Positions 1-11,879 of a DNA stretch of 48,876 bases are shown piece by piece (position 1 is the stretch's first letter; each line of letters begins with the position of its first letter). The notes beneath the pieces are model-generated. The model made no database searches. It saw only the letters and a list, made by a program, of their open reading frames with translations, and was not told where the DNA came from. Source of the DNA: Trypethelium eluteriae (taxonomy: Eukaryota); the NCBI GenBank assembly GCA_051942245.1, contig JAVECL010000121.1, forward strand, positions 1 to 48,876. Reading direction: 5' to 3'. Both the position numbers and the translations under genes were made by a program.

Positions 1-2720
1 CCCCCCCGGCCCCCCCTCTATCTTCCTTAGGAGATGATTCCTTTAAAGATAATAAACCTGGTTATACAAATCCTGAGGAGGATAATAAGGGTAATATTAA
101 GGATCCTTACTTTAAAGAAGTGCCTGTAGAGTTATCTTATATGGGGGCAGCGCGGGGATGGGTGGAATTACTTATCTATTTTTATTAAACCCCTAAGACC
201 TTTATATAGGCTTCTTCTTCCTTATACACTGCCTTCCTCTCCTTTAGCAGGTATATATAAAAATCTTTTTAATCTCTTTTTGCTCCCTTCTTTCCTTTAT
301 TAACTGCACAGCCTTTAAATGCCCTATTTTATACCTTAAATTATACGCTTTACCTTTATATAGTATTTAAAATAAATAGCCCTTAGCCTTTATATAAAGG
401 CTGAGAGTGAAATTAAAAGAGCGCCCCTTTACATTATTTTTTTTTATTATACACATCCTTAGTTTATAAGATCTTGCCTTAAATCCAGCTTTTTAAGCAC
501 TTAATCTTTTTAATATTTAATAGGCTAAGCCGCATTTTATCCTAAGTAATTATATAATGTGTATTTAAAAAAACTCTTTTAGGTGTATTACTTATTCCTA
601 GGATTAAAAGCACATTTATTGCAAAGTATAATAAAATAAACTAATACTTTTATTATTAATTTTAATATTATTATTGTAAAGCTAAAGCTTTAATAATATT
701 ATATAACACTTTATTATAATATTTATTATACTTATCTTCTTTTTTTTCTCTAATCTTAAGTTTGTTTTAAATATTTACAAAAATTATATTATACATACTT
801 AGTTGCTTTTATTCCTTAAATAAGGATGGATTTTAAATATTATTATATAAAATAGATTTAGAAATATTATAGCTATCTTTAAACTAAATCTAAAGAGACT
901 TTATACTTTATAAAGCTGACTATCTTTAAGTTAAAGGCCATACTTTTTAAATATATTTTGTATAATTATTTAAATAAAGAATAAGTGCTGCTGTATAATA
1001 TAATAAATTATTAAAAAGCTCTTAATATTTTATATATTTATCCCAGCAGTTTTGGATTTGCTTTACAAATTTTTTATTATTAGGCTTAACTTTATGCTTT
1101 ATTTTAATAAGTAAAGCTTTATATAAAATAAAGTAAATATTTTATTAAAGATATTTTAATATGTGTTAATAAAATATTTATTACTTAAAGGATTTTATTT
1201 AAACATACTTAATTACCTTCTATTTTAAATATTGCATAATAAAATAGCTCTAAGAAGTTATAAATTATACAAAGCTAATTCTAATTATGTAAATTAAAAA
1301 TATTAAGCATTAAAGACTTAAAATAATGCTTTATATATTAATCCACCTTAGCTTTATGCTGTAAAGTTATATCCAAAAGATTTTATTAAAAATTCTATTT
1401 TATATAATTATTTAATAGGATTATTTTTTTAGTAAGTTGTTTAAACTCTGCTATACAAAGTAATAAGCCATAGATATGGATAATAATATTATGCAGCTTT
1501 TTAAAAACTCTAAGTATATAAAATTATTCTGCCTTCTCTTTTGCTTGTGTCTTATTTAACTTAGTACTTTTAATCTTTTCTCTCTTGTATAAATTAATTA
1601 TTATTATATTAAAAATACCTTTAAAAAGGAAGTCTTATATAACAAGATTAATAATATGTTCTTAACAGCAAATTTTTTGCTTTTTTTTATCCCAATTAAT
1701 ATTTTTTTCTTGCTTTAAATATCCACTAATTATATAATAAAAAGTATTATTTATACTTAAGTTATTTATAACTAAAATACTAAGCTTTTATACAATCCTA
1801 TATTCTTAAAGTATAAAAAGAAGAGTTAGCTATTAATTCTTTTTTAAATATCCAAATATTGTATAAAGGGCAAGAAGGATATTTTAAGGTTTTAAGTTAT
1901 TATTAATATAATAAGCATAAACTGCAAAAAAAAGGTAATTATTTAATAATATTTAAATATTAATAAAGAAGTGGATATTTATGGATGCAGATTAAAGGTC
2001 CTGTTGTATAAAATTTTATTATTAAGTAAATTGCTTTTATATTAGAGAAGTAAAAGCAGTAGGGCTTAAAAGGATTAAAAAAGTTAATACTGGATTTAAT
2101 ATAGAACACAGCATGTAAAACTTAGGCCAGGTAAGAAGATAGAAAGGGAGGTTTTATATAACAACAAGATTTATTAATATAATTATTAAAACTTCTTTAT
2201 TTAGAACTTGCTTTAAGACTAAAGCATTAAACTCATCCATTTTATATAACACTGCTATAGCATTTTTATATAATTACGCAAGCTGTGTGTATGCAGACTC
2301 TTTTAATTATGGTATACAAAATTTATTATTAATATTATGGCTTATATAAAGATAACCTTAGAGGTTTATTATTATAAGTATTAAATATCCACATTCCTTA
2401 TAATAAATAAGCCGCTATCTGTCTTTAGTGGTTGGTTTATCTAAAAGTAATTCGCGTGTATATTAATAAATATCTAAGGTCTTCTTTTTATCTTTTTGTA
2501 AGATAAACTGTTTAAAAAAAGGTGTAACAACTAAAGCTTCAGAATTTGTCTCTATTTCAGTTTCATACAGAAATTAGATGGAAGAGTTTTTTAGTGCGGA
2601 AGCTAGTCTCAGTACAAGGTAGGGATGAGACATAGTTATGGATAATTATGTAATTATTCATGATAATGAATTTACCCTGAATATCATAGAATAGCATAAT
2701 TAAATGTCATAATTAATTAT
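1..2720. mobile_element. RIP-degraded AT-rich repeat/transposon relic (family not determinable; weak hints of a minus-strand pogo/Fot1-type transposase C-terminus near 190-470)
   Basis: Extremely AT-rich, saturated in TpA, depleted of CpA/TpG and CpG, and the ORF track has no ORF before 2719. Composition returns to normal at about 2720. This is the typical outcome of repeat-induced point mutation. Confidence 0.8.
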
Positions 2721-3244
2721 GCTATTTATCTCTGCGAAAGATGAGCTGGATCGTGGCAATCAGTCCTCAATAAAGCTACCCAACGGTGGGCATATGGCCT
2801 GGCTAGGTGTCTTTCATGAGATACACTGCATCGTGAGTGATTATGCCAGTTTTAGTAGCCATGCTGATGAATGGGATAAGAACATGCTCCGTCAATGGAT
2901 GTACCGAGATTATTACCACCCAAACCTTACTCAACATAAGAACGAGCATCTACGAATCCACGCTGGTATGGCGCTCATCCATCAGATTGTTAATTCAGCT
3001 GCTAATTCTGATCCTTGGAGACCATTGCATTGAATACCTGAGATCCTCCGCGCTATGCCACGCAGATACATCCTTGACGACCTTCCAGTGGGAAACGGCC
3101 GCGGAGCCTGTACTCGACCTATACAGGCCGATCCATGCTTGTGTGAATTGGCCTCAGTTCGAGGCCTCGTTCCGACACCGGGTTGTAGATGAACAGGAGC
3201 TTGCGCGGCTCAAGAATCCGGATCTGCGTAGTGAGGGGGCATAA
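2521..3244 (+). pseudogene. DUF3328/UstYa-family (HxxHC) oxidase; 5' part destroyed by RIP, 3' exons intact
   Basis: Spliced translation LGVFHEIHCI|NMLRQWMYRDYY...LRIHA|DHCIEYLRSSALCHAD...IHACVNW contains both HxxHC motifs (HEIHC, HADHC), with GT-AG introns at about 2833-2880 and 2966-3020. The upstream frame 2521-2646 (EEFFSAEASLSTR*G*DIVMD) has TAG/TGA stops at 2575, 2620 and 2626. The true start is not recoverable. Confidence 0.85.
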
Positions 3245-3985
3245 ACCGCCTTCATCAGGCCCCACCTTACTTGCAGTAGTGTCTTGACTAGTTAGGGTCG
3301 GGAGCCCAAGCCATAGATACGTAATAAATACCTGCTATGCATTAGCTAGAACAACGACCAGTAATTCCAGCCATGGTATTCCACCTTCGTCACGTACGAT
3401 AAGCCTTGTCGGAGGACGCATAAGGTACGGAATTAGCGTAAACTCAGAACAGAAAGCTCGTAGTGTGCGACATTTTACTGCATTAAACGTTTGCGGATAA
3501 ATTCCAGCCACACATTAGAACTTTTGAGAAGGCTTATGGCTGAGAATTTACAGGCCACACGTTGATCGATCAACGGAAGACAAAGTAATTGCTCTAGCGA
3601 TGATGATGGCCTTCAGCAAACCACGTATCTTTAGACTGTCCAAAGTTAGGTAGCAACGCGAAGGATGCCGTGGGTATTCGAGGCGGGAAGACGTTGTGCC
3701 AAGACCAAAGTCCTGAATCGTACGATTCAGTCTCTTTGCTTAGTGCTTCTCTTGCTTGCATCTCAGTGAACCGTAAAGTAGCTAGAGCGGTCCCATCCCG
3801 GAAATGTCTTCCTGCAGCCTTACAGATGTGGACAGAAGAAACTCGACGGTCTAGACCTTATGCAGCACCATACTGACGCCATCCCCACTGGTTCTGATAG
3901 GTTGTTTCACTAATGCTTCCTAGGGACAGTTCTGATGAACTTGAGACGGAGGGTTAGCTATCAGATTCCGGTGCATTGGCTGCCC

Positions 3986-5687
3986 TCATGGCTTTATCCA
4001 TTTTGCAAGCTTCCGTAATCGCAATCTTGCATCTTGAAGACCTTGGTCGCTCTTGCAAGCAAAGAGTCGTAAACAATCCCTCCCTGAACGGTCATTTGCC
4101 GTGCTATAGAAGGCTGTTTGCAATGAGCAGGCACGTTAGAACGAGAACGCAGATCCATAGTCATATCCGATGCTCACCACTTCCAGGAATAGTCGCAAGA
4201 CCAATCTCTTGGATCAAGAACCAAGCAAGCTTCCAATCTCGAAGCCTATGGGTCACATTGGGTGGAAAGCTGTAATCGGGAGGAATATGAATGTTCCTTG
4301 TGTTGAGGAAGATATAGGGAGCACCAGCTGGGACGGTGTACTGGAACGTCTGAGTAAAGGCCACCTAAGTACTACTCTCAGCAACTCACTGGCAATTTCA
4401 GCTCTTGGATTGTCCCACATAGACTCGAGACGCAATCTTGGGCTCGCTTTCGATTACCCTGCCAGAAGCCCTCAGATACACCTCGCTCGAGTCCTATCGC
4501 AGATGCCTCCTGAGCTGGTCCTGGAGCGTTGAAGGTCAGTAGGATATGCGCGGTCTGGATGTGTTTGATCAATTCTTTGTGCCCAATGGCCCAGCCGACT
4601 CTCCAAGCTGCAGCATTGAACGCTTTACCGGCAGAGCCAATGACTATTGTCTGGCTCGAAATGGGTTCACCTAGAGAAGCCATACTGCAGAAGTTTGAAG
4701 AAAAGTCGAGATGTTCCCATGCTTCATCCGACAAGATAAGGGCATTGCTTGCAGTACAAATCTTGCCGATTTCGAGCAACTCCTCAGCTGAAAATGCTTT
4801 ACCTAACGGATTATGCCTGAGGAGATTAGTCAATTAATATGCAAGCGGTTTTCTGACTAGCGTACGGCGAAGTCAGAATCTATGTTATCTCAGAAACTCA
4901 TTTACCGAATTATTGCGAATCGACTTACCAACATTTTCGTATTTGGCGAAATGACCTTCCGTAGCTCGCCCGGCTCGAGTTTCCATTCATTTGCAAGTAC
5001 TGTTCTGGAATTCGTATCAGGAGGAGCAGTCATGGTGACATATCTCACGATGCCACCGAAAAGACGGATTTGGTTTTCATAGCTATCAACGTGTCAACCT
5101 TCAGTCTACCGAACCTGACAGACTACGTGCAGGTTGAAAGTTGGTTCTGGAACTATCACTTCATCCCCAGGCTCAATGAAGGCCATCACCGAGCATAACA
5201 GGGCTTCTGTTGCACCGCAATGGATCGATATCTCTTGACAAGGATCGAGTGTTCTCCCATGGACTTTAGAACACGTAGCCGATAAGGCTCGTGTAAGCCT
5301 TGGTAGGCCCTGAAAGATGAATCCGTAGGTTTCAGTCTGATGGTTACCCGACAACACTTAGAGATCTACCTGGGTGGGACCATAATCATTGACTTCAATT
5401 TTGCTGATAGCTTCAGTGTGGGCATCGATGAGAAATTGCGGTGGGTTGAAGTCTCTGTAGGACAATGTGAATTGATTCCTGGTAAAACCCTCTCACGTAG
5501 CATACATCGATCCTTGTCCTAAATTTGCAATTGGTTGTATAGGAGATCGTTGGCACGCGAGGGCGACCCATTCCCTATGAAATATTAGCATCTAAAGTAA
5601 AAGAACGCACCGCACATACCAGACATTCTCTGCATCTTTGGGTAGCCGGCTAGCAGGAGGAAACTGGTCACGTTCTCGAGCTTGCAT
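3986..5687 (-). CDS. PLP-dependent aminotransferase class I/II (kynurenine/glutamine transaminase-like), multi-exon
   Basis: Motifs NLGQG, GATEAL, EPGDEVIV.EP, PHNP.GK, LSDE, GSAGK (PLP lysine), WRVGW and C-terminal LRLFACK. ATG at 5687, stop at 3986. Includes a 14-nt microexon (4866-4879) and a GC-AG intron (5083-5130). Confidence 0.9.
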
Positions 5688-6032
5688 GACGAGATTGGGG
5701 CTTTCTGTCCAGAAATTCACAAGTAGTAAAGCTAATATCAACGACGCAGGTCGAGCAAAACTTGACTCAGACGCTAGTGATCGCAGCTACCTCAAGGTAA
5801 CTTAGTGATTAGCGACGGCTCCCATCCCATGATCGCAAGCATCCGTGATAAAGCTAGTATCGTGTGCCAAAATGTATGAAAGTCAGCCGTAGGAGGTTAG
5901 AGTCTCCAGCTTGCATTGATCATACTAAGGCTAGAGGTATGCAGCTACTGTAGCTATGTTCACATAGAAAGTGACCTCTCCAAACACCCAACCGGGTTAG
6001 TGGTCACGGTGGTATTAGCGCGCTGACTCGAC

Positions 6033-6068
6033 CGGCTCAACCTCGGCTCAACCTCGGCTCAACTTCGG
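6033..6068. repeat. 11-bp tandem repeat (CGGCTCAACCT)x3 plus CGG, upstream of the aminotransferase
   Basis: Read directly: cggctcaacct cggctcaacct cggctcaactt cgg. Confidence 0.85.
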
Positions 6069-6309
6069 TCAGGCTTGCACCACCACGGCTGTTGCTCTGC
6101 TTAGCCGCACTCAGTTGTACTTAGCCTTGCTCACGCGGTACCCAAATGTTGTGCAGGGAGATATTGTCAAGTTTACGCGACCATCGTAGGGATTCCCGAA
6201 ACTGGACCCCCAGGACTGGTGGAAGCCATGAATCATTGTGGGAGCTTTCTAACCCACCCTTTACTCTAAGCCTTTCTGGTTTCTGGGCGTGCGATGCTCC
6301 CACATGCTA

Positions 6310-6480
6310 TTTCACAACGGTCACCGACCCGGGGAAATGCCTCATCTTTACCGACAATCAAGCCACCATTTAGGCAATACGGAATCCTCAACATCCGTCG
6401 GGACAATATATTTTGATCGAGATCGTACAAATATTGGACGCCCTCCGAGAACTCGAGTGGGGCATTCAAGAGCTCGGCAC
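6310..6480 (+). mobile_element. Fragment of non-LTR (LINE, Tad1-like) retrotransposon RNase H domain
   Basis: Translates [44 protein letters not shown], matching the IFTDNQ..I.AI.NP...SGQ.IL motif of fungal LINE RNase H. The internal TAG is consistent with a CAG->TAG RIP change. Confidence 0.7.
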
Positions 6481-7816
6481 AAAGGCACCAGCGACTTGGT
6501 TTGGGGCCCTTCAGGAATTGTTTGACTAGTCCCCTACAACTTATGCATGAAATTGCCCAACTACCGTGATCTTCTGTGCAAATTGATGATCAGCACTGCA
6601 TACCTCAGGTACCCAACATCTCCCAGCGATTCGTTGAGGAAACTTCGATAAAAATCATGCGAACCGCGTGAATATCCTGTACGAGTTACTCCTTCCCGAG
6701 GCACAGCTGTCAGACTGTCGATATGAAGTATGAGTCTAATTCTATCCTCAGCTACATTTGGCTCTGATGCTTGTGCATTGCTTCATCCACTAGCAGCGCC
6801 TTGGACTGAATTTTTGTTCAGGCCATGAACTAGGCTTTGCCGCCAAGCTATAGCGTTTCAAGCCGAAAACCGCTTTTTCATAATCATTGGACTAGTTTCA
6901 GTTCATGTGTCCCAGCGGTTAGTTGTCTGCCCAAAACAACTTCCTTCCGTAAGCGACTGTGGGCTCGGTCATGGATAAGAGGTAGCGTATTCCACTTGCT
7001 TTGGGGATCAAAATTCCATAAATGCGGTGATCGGGCAACATGACCAAACAGGGCTTCCTCAACTCTACGATTCGTTCGACATTGATCTTATACTCATGAT
7101 CTTCAGCGAATACCGACATGCGTTCGTCTGATGAGTTGCATTCATTCGATGTAGCCAAGGTCTCTCTGTTTCGGTGACTATCCTCGCGAGGGAATAGCCT
7201 CAGCGGCCACCTCTCCATACATACAAGTGTCTTTTTAGATACTTCTAGTCATTAACGGGTAAAGGCAGGTTATTGCACGTTCCTGAAAAAGGTGCATACT
7301 GACGAAAAGGATAATGCGTGTAATTTTCCCGCATTTCCCCGCACTACGTCACTTTTGCTTGGCCTACAGCTCTGCCCCTTAATCAACACCAGCCGGACCT
7401 ATGACAGCTTTGTTTCAACACTTCCCTACACTGATATAGCTAAATTTGCATACTTCCGATAGATACTCAAAGTCTTACAAGGGGGGGTTGAGTATTGAGG
7501 CATGAACAACCTGGTCAAGATCATGGCTTCGTATTTGGCCAAATGCGCCCCCCTCAGTGCCGACAGTTCGGAGTACTCTAATGAACGACCTCATCAAACA
7601 GCTGAGATGCGTTTACCGAAGGATCATAATTCTCCGGTCAAGACGCATTGCCTGAAAGCGCAAACATCTTGAATCAAGCAGCTCAATATCCCAGGTAAGA
7701 TCAAATATTTAAGACGATGTCATCTCTGCACTGAGTCTTCAGATCTTGCTGAATTTACGTTTCCTGCTTTGTTCACGTTCCGCACCTGATAGCAAAGATC
7801 TTTTCCCTCTCCCAAA

Positions 7817-8872
7817 ATGTTGTTCAGACTTCCACTTATTCTCTCGCTGGGTGTTTCATGCGCTGGGGCGCAGAGCCTGGAGGACGTGCTCACCAGCAAT
7901 TCCCAACTCACCAGCCTGGTCAACGCCTTGGAAGAGTTTCCGGATCTGCTGGAAGAGCTTAACAGCGCTCAGAACATCACCGTCCTGGCCCCCGACAATG
8001 CAGCCTTCGCAGCACTCGCTTCTACACCTGCAGGACAGGCTGCGGCGAGTGACCCTAGTCTGTTAGAGGCAGTCCTTGAGTATCATGTAATCAGTGGAAC
8101 CTACCTAGCTAGCGACATCCCAGCTACAGGAGCCTTTGTGCCCACACTGCTCACTAATGCATCATACACAAACGTCACAGGAGGACAAAGAGTCGAAGGA
8201 ATTAACACGGATGGTAGTGTCACGTTTTTCTCAGGTGGAAAAGCTGAGTCGGACGTTAGTCAAGCGGTATGTTGCTTCGATGCTTTCTCAATTCGGCTCC
8301 ATTCCACCAATCTCGCCGTTGACCTGTTGGATAGGATATTACATTCGATGGAGGTGTCGTCCATATAATTGACTCCGTGCTCACAATCCCGGCGAATATT
8401 ACTGCAACTGCTCAAGCCGCAGGCCTGACTACACTCGCCAATGCCCTGATCCAAACCAACCTCTTAGAAACCGTCAATGTCTTGCCAGATCTCACCGTAT
8501 TTGCCCCCACCAACGCTGCGTTTGCTGCTATCAATAGCACCGTCGGAAATTTGACCAACACTCAGCTAGCTGGAGTGCTTGAGTATCATGTGATTAATGG
8601 CACGGTTGGGTACAGTACCCTCCTTACGAACGGGGAAACGATTTCCACCCTGGATAATGGCCTCAATGTCACCATTACGCTTCCAGGGAGTGGCGCCGTG
8701 AAAGTCAATCAGGCAAACGTTGTCATCCCCGATGTGCTTGTTGCCAATGGCGTTGTCCATGTCATCGACAGGTAAGCTTCGGTTGAGGGCCTCTCGGATT
8801 GTCTCGCATGCTAATCTTAGTAGTGTTCTCATACCCGCCTCCTCCCAGAGGAGCTGGCTGCCACGGCTTTGA
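7817..8872 (+). CDS. Secreted fasciclin (two FAS1 domains) protein
   Basis: Signal peptide MLFRLPLILSLGVSCAGA; two FAS1 repeats (ITVLAPDNAAF...VLEYHV...GVVHIID and LTVFAPTNAAF...VLEYHV...NGVVHVID); introns at about 8268-8334 and 8772-8823. Confidence 0.93.
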
Positions 8873-9261
8873 AGTGAAGTGTACTTTCGTTAGGCAAACT
8901 TTGGAATTTTCCAAAATCCATTGAAGAGTGCTAACGCAATGCTTAATTTGAACGTCAAAAAACTTTCCTTCTGATGTTATTTAATGTACATAAAAGTCCT
9001 TGATCGAGTAAGACAAATAGTTAAATCTGCTAAATTAGGTGATTTTTTAAGGTGAAGACTACTCTTAATTATAGTAATGATAAGTTGTCTAAGTTTAGTA
9101 AAGGTAATATAGAAAATTCCATCTATTTGCTATTAATTTTATATATGGTTTAGCATGGATGAGCTCGGGCCAATTCTAGGGAGGAATTATTAGACGCTTT
9201 CAAGCAAATCACAACTCATCTACCTTGAGTTTGCAGTACTCTAAGTGAACCTCAATAGTGC

Positions 9262-11082
9262 CTAGCAATATGTTTGTCCCGACTCTACCTGAGTAGAAAG
9301 CTTGGGCACAGCCTTCTCCAAATCATCCTCACTCCCCAAATAAGCCACTATTCTATCATGATTCCTCTCAAATCCCTTTTTAACACCAAGCCAAATTCGG
9401 ACCTTTCTGGCCAGCGTGCCGCTGTAGCCCGCCCCATCGAGGATCGTTGATGATTCGTGAGGCAAGCTGCTGAGTAGAGAGACAAGACCGAATTGATCAG
9501 ATACTGGTACCTTGTGTAGCCAGGCTTTAAGCAAGGTTGCCGAGACTGTCAAAATAGGATGGACGAGGAATATGAGGACAAGCCAGGGAGAGCGAGAGAC
9601 AGTTTGACCTTGAAGGTTGAGAGTATAGGATGCCTCGTTTGCTAACTTGTCATAGTGAACATCCTTGAAGTATGGCAAATTTTCTGAACGGTCCTCGATT
9701 CTAAGAGTGGCCAGTCGCGCCCAAACGATGCTTGCCATAAAAGTAGTAGGCGATCTCTCGAGTTCGAAGTCGTACCATTTGTAATTGTATTCTTCTAGGA
9801 GCTGACCGAATAGATCAAGGCCAAGTGGTCCCGTTGTAAGAGGAGCTTGGCTCGCAGGGTGCGGCCCAGCATCTATAAGCGTGGCGTCGGTGAGAGAAAA
9901 GGTGGAGTTATCAATATGCCACGTGCCGCGGGCGTATTGGCGGGTGATTAAAAATTTCTGAGCAACTTGGGAGAAAGTTTTTTTCTGTTGGTTCCAGATC
10001 CCGATGTAGTTCACAGATAGATTAGCAGGCGGAAATTTTGAAGGGTTAACGCCACCGAGAACCATTCCGGCATACCAGCCTTTACCTAGACCGGTACACC
10101 AGTGGAAAGCTGAGCTTACGCAGTCCACTCCGACGTTGTCAAAGATCTTGCCGAAGTCGCTCCTTTCTGTATCTGTCATCTCCACATTGTTTGATACAGT
10201 AGCATTAACATCGGCCGACAGGGATATGGACTGATTCTTGTCCTCATTCGGACTCAACTTTGCCCGCAATCCCTGAAATGTGTCTAACGATGGTGTATCG
10301 AGCATGACTGTCATGTTCTCGTTTATCACCAGTGTGTTCTGCCCATAAGTCTTGGGCGTTGACGTCGACCTGTTAGAGCGCGTTTGCCAGAAGGGTGTCA
10401 TTCGATTGACAGCAAGCGCAATACCGTTGCCATTGAGGTTTAGTAGTTCCGGAGGAGGATTAACGCCGAAGTGACCTTCGATACTCGATATTCTTTCTGA
10501 AGAGTACGTCAAAAAGAAGGGCTTATAAAGCGCGCTTAACAAAGGTCCAAGAGCGGCTAGGGTAACAAGTATTGTGACTGCTGTCCAACTCGCTTTTTTG
10601 GTAAACATAGAATTGCGTGAAAGCGCTTCCACATCCTGTAGGCATGCGTTACCGCGGTCGAACAAAACTCTCAAGGCACAAAGCAGGACTTGTCGAGAAG
10701 TGGCGAACCCTTGAGCTGATAGTACGAGACCAAAGACAACAAATTGATACTTGAATCCTAGGGCAATGGCAACACCTGTGTTATAAATGACCACCAGAGC
10801 GAAGACCTTCACTGAGTTAGCAACAGGGCTATGGGATGCATGCAGGAGTTGTCCATTAATAATACTTACCGCCAAGACAAGACTTGCAACGACCGCGCAA
10901 GCATCCAATACAGAAATTATTGTGACTTTCGAAGGGACTCCATCACTCTTCACCATACTAGCATCTTTTTTGGGTGTTGAAGGATTCATGAATGTGCGTC
11001 CAGCAATCTCTCCAGCTTCAGACACCGAATCTGCAGGCTCGGCAGTAGGAAGCAGTTCGTATGACTCAGGCACTGTTGCCAT
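9262..11082 (-). CDS. Uncharacterised intronless membrane protein (~606 aa; several N-terminal TM helices, large glycosylatable loop, C-terminal TM)
   Basis: Long uninterrupted ORF with hydrophobic segments near the N-terminus and at WLVLIFLVHPILTV, plus several N-x-S/T sites. First ATG at 11082. Confidence 0.8.
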   Translation of the reverse strand: MATVPESYELLPTAEPADSVSEAGEIAGRTFMNPSTPKKDASMVKSDGVPSKVTIISVLDACAVVASLVLAVSIINGQLLHASHSPVANSVKVFALVVIYNTGVAIALGFKYQFVVFGLVLSAQGFATSRQVLLCALRVLFDRGNACLQDVEALSRNSMFTKKASWTAVTILVTLAALGPLLSALYKPFFLTYSSERISSIEGHFGVNPPPELLNLNGNGIALAVNRMTPFWQTRSNRSTSTPKTYGQNTLVINENMTVMLDTPSLDTFQGLRAKLSPNEDKNQSISLSADVNATVSNNVEMTDTERSDFGKIFDNVGVDCVSSAFHWCTGLGKGWYAGMVLGGVNPSKFPPANLSVNYIGIWNQQKKTFSQVAQKFLITRQYARGTWHIDNSTFSLTDATLIDAGPHPASQAPLTTGPLGLDLFGQLLEEYNYKWYDFELERSPTTFMASIVWARLATLRIEDRSENLPYFKDVHYDKLANEASYTLNLQGQTVSRSPWLVLIFLVHPILTVSATLLKAWLHKVPVSDQFGLVSLLSSLPHESSTILDGAGYSGTLARKVRIWLGVKKGFERNHDRIVAYLGSEDDLEKAVPKLSTQVESGQTYC

Positions 11083-11879
11083 GGCCAACTTTAGCTACTA
11101 GAATCTGGCAGTAACGGGCAGACGGGACTGTTCAATCTAATAGTAACAGTCTTAATAGAGGTGAGGCGCCGGTATGAGGCTCAAAAAGTCGATTGACAGC
11201 CGTCCTAGTTGTTAAGAATAGTGTAAAAGTCTCAAGGGTGAATCTATGCAAAGGAGGCAGTAGCCTGTGGAAAGTTGGGAAAAATTTCAACTGTAGAGTA
11301 ACTTGCGAGAGGATCCGTAAAGAAAAAAGTCAATGAGATCCGGCATGGATCTTGATCACAATCAGTATGCTGAGGTAAGGAAGTTTTCGGCGAACGAGTG
11401 ATCTGGTTTTAAGCAATATCGCGCAAGCACGCGATATAAAATATCACCCTTTTGCAAGTCCTGTTTACTGGAAAGCCACACACCTAAAAATAGAGTCGGC
11501 CCAGGGTCTTCTTATATGCGACTGCGGCTGATTCTTGTGGTGTACTCTACGCGTTGCTTTAGATCAAGGCTCCGATTTGCTCAACTTGCAAAGCCTCGTA
11601 CAGACTGCGCGTTCAAGTGGCACGAATAATCATAGGTCTAGGCACCTTTGCTGACTGCTCTCGTCCAATTACCACATCTTTATGCCACTCAGATAATTTA
11701 GGCTTGATATACTCAGGGTGCCTCCCAAGATGTTGAGCTAATCATCGTGCTTGCTCTGCGATACAAGCATCTGATCGTCATTCCCGTAGGTCTGGTAACG
11801 ACTCCCATTCGCTGAATAGACCCGATGCCAAGAGCAGGCGCAGGATGCAGGCTTCCAGATTGTGCTCTGTTTCCTTGAA

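Noticed and set aside
1..20. C-rich start of the window as a telomere
   Set aside because: No CCCTAA repeats; just C runs within the RIPped block.
6837..7218. 68-99 aa ORFs on both strands
   Set aside because: No motifs or splice structure; treated as intergenic.
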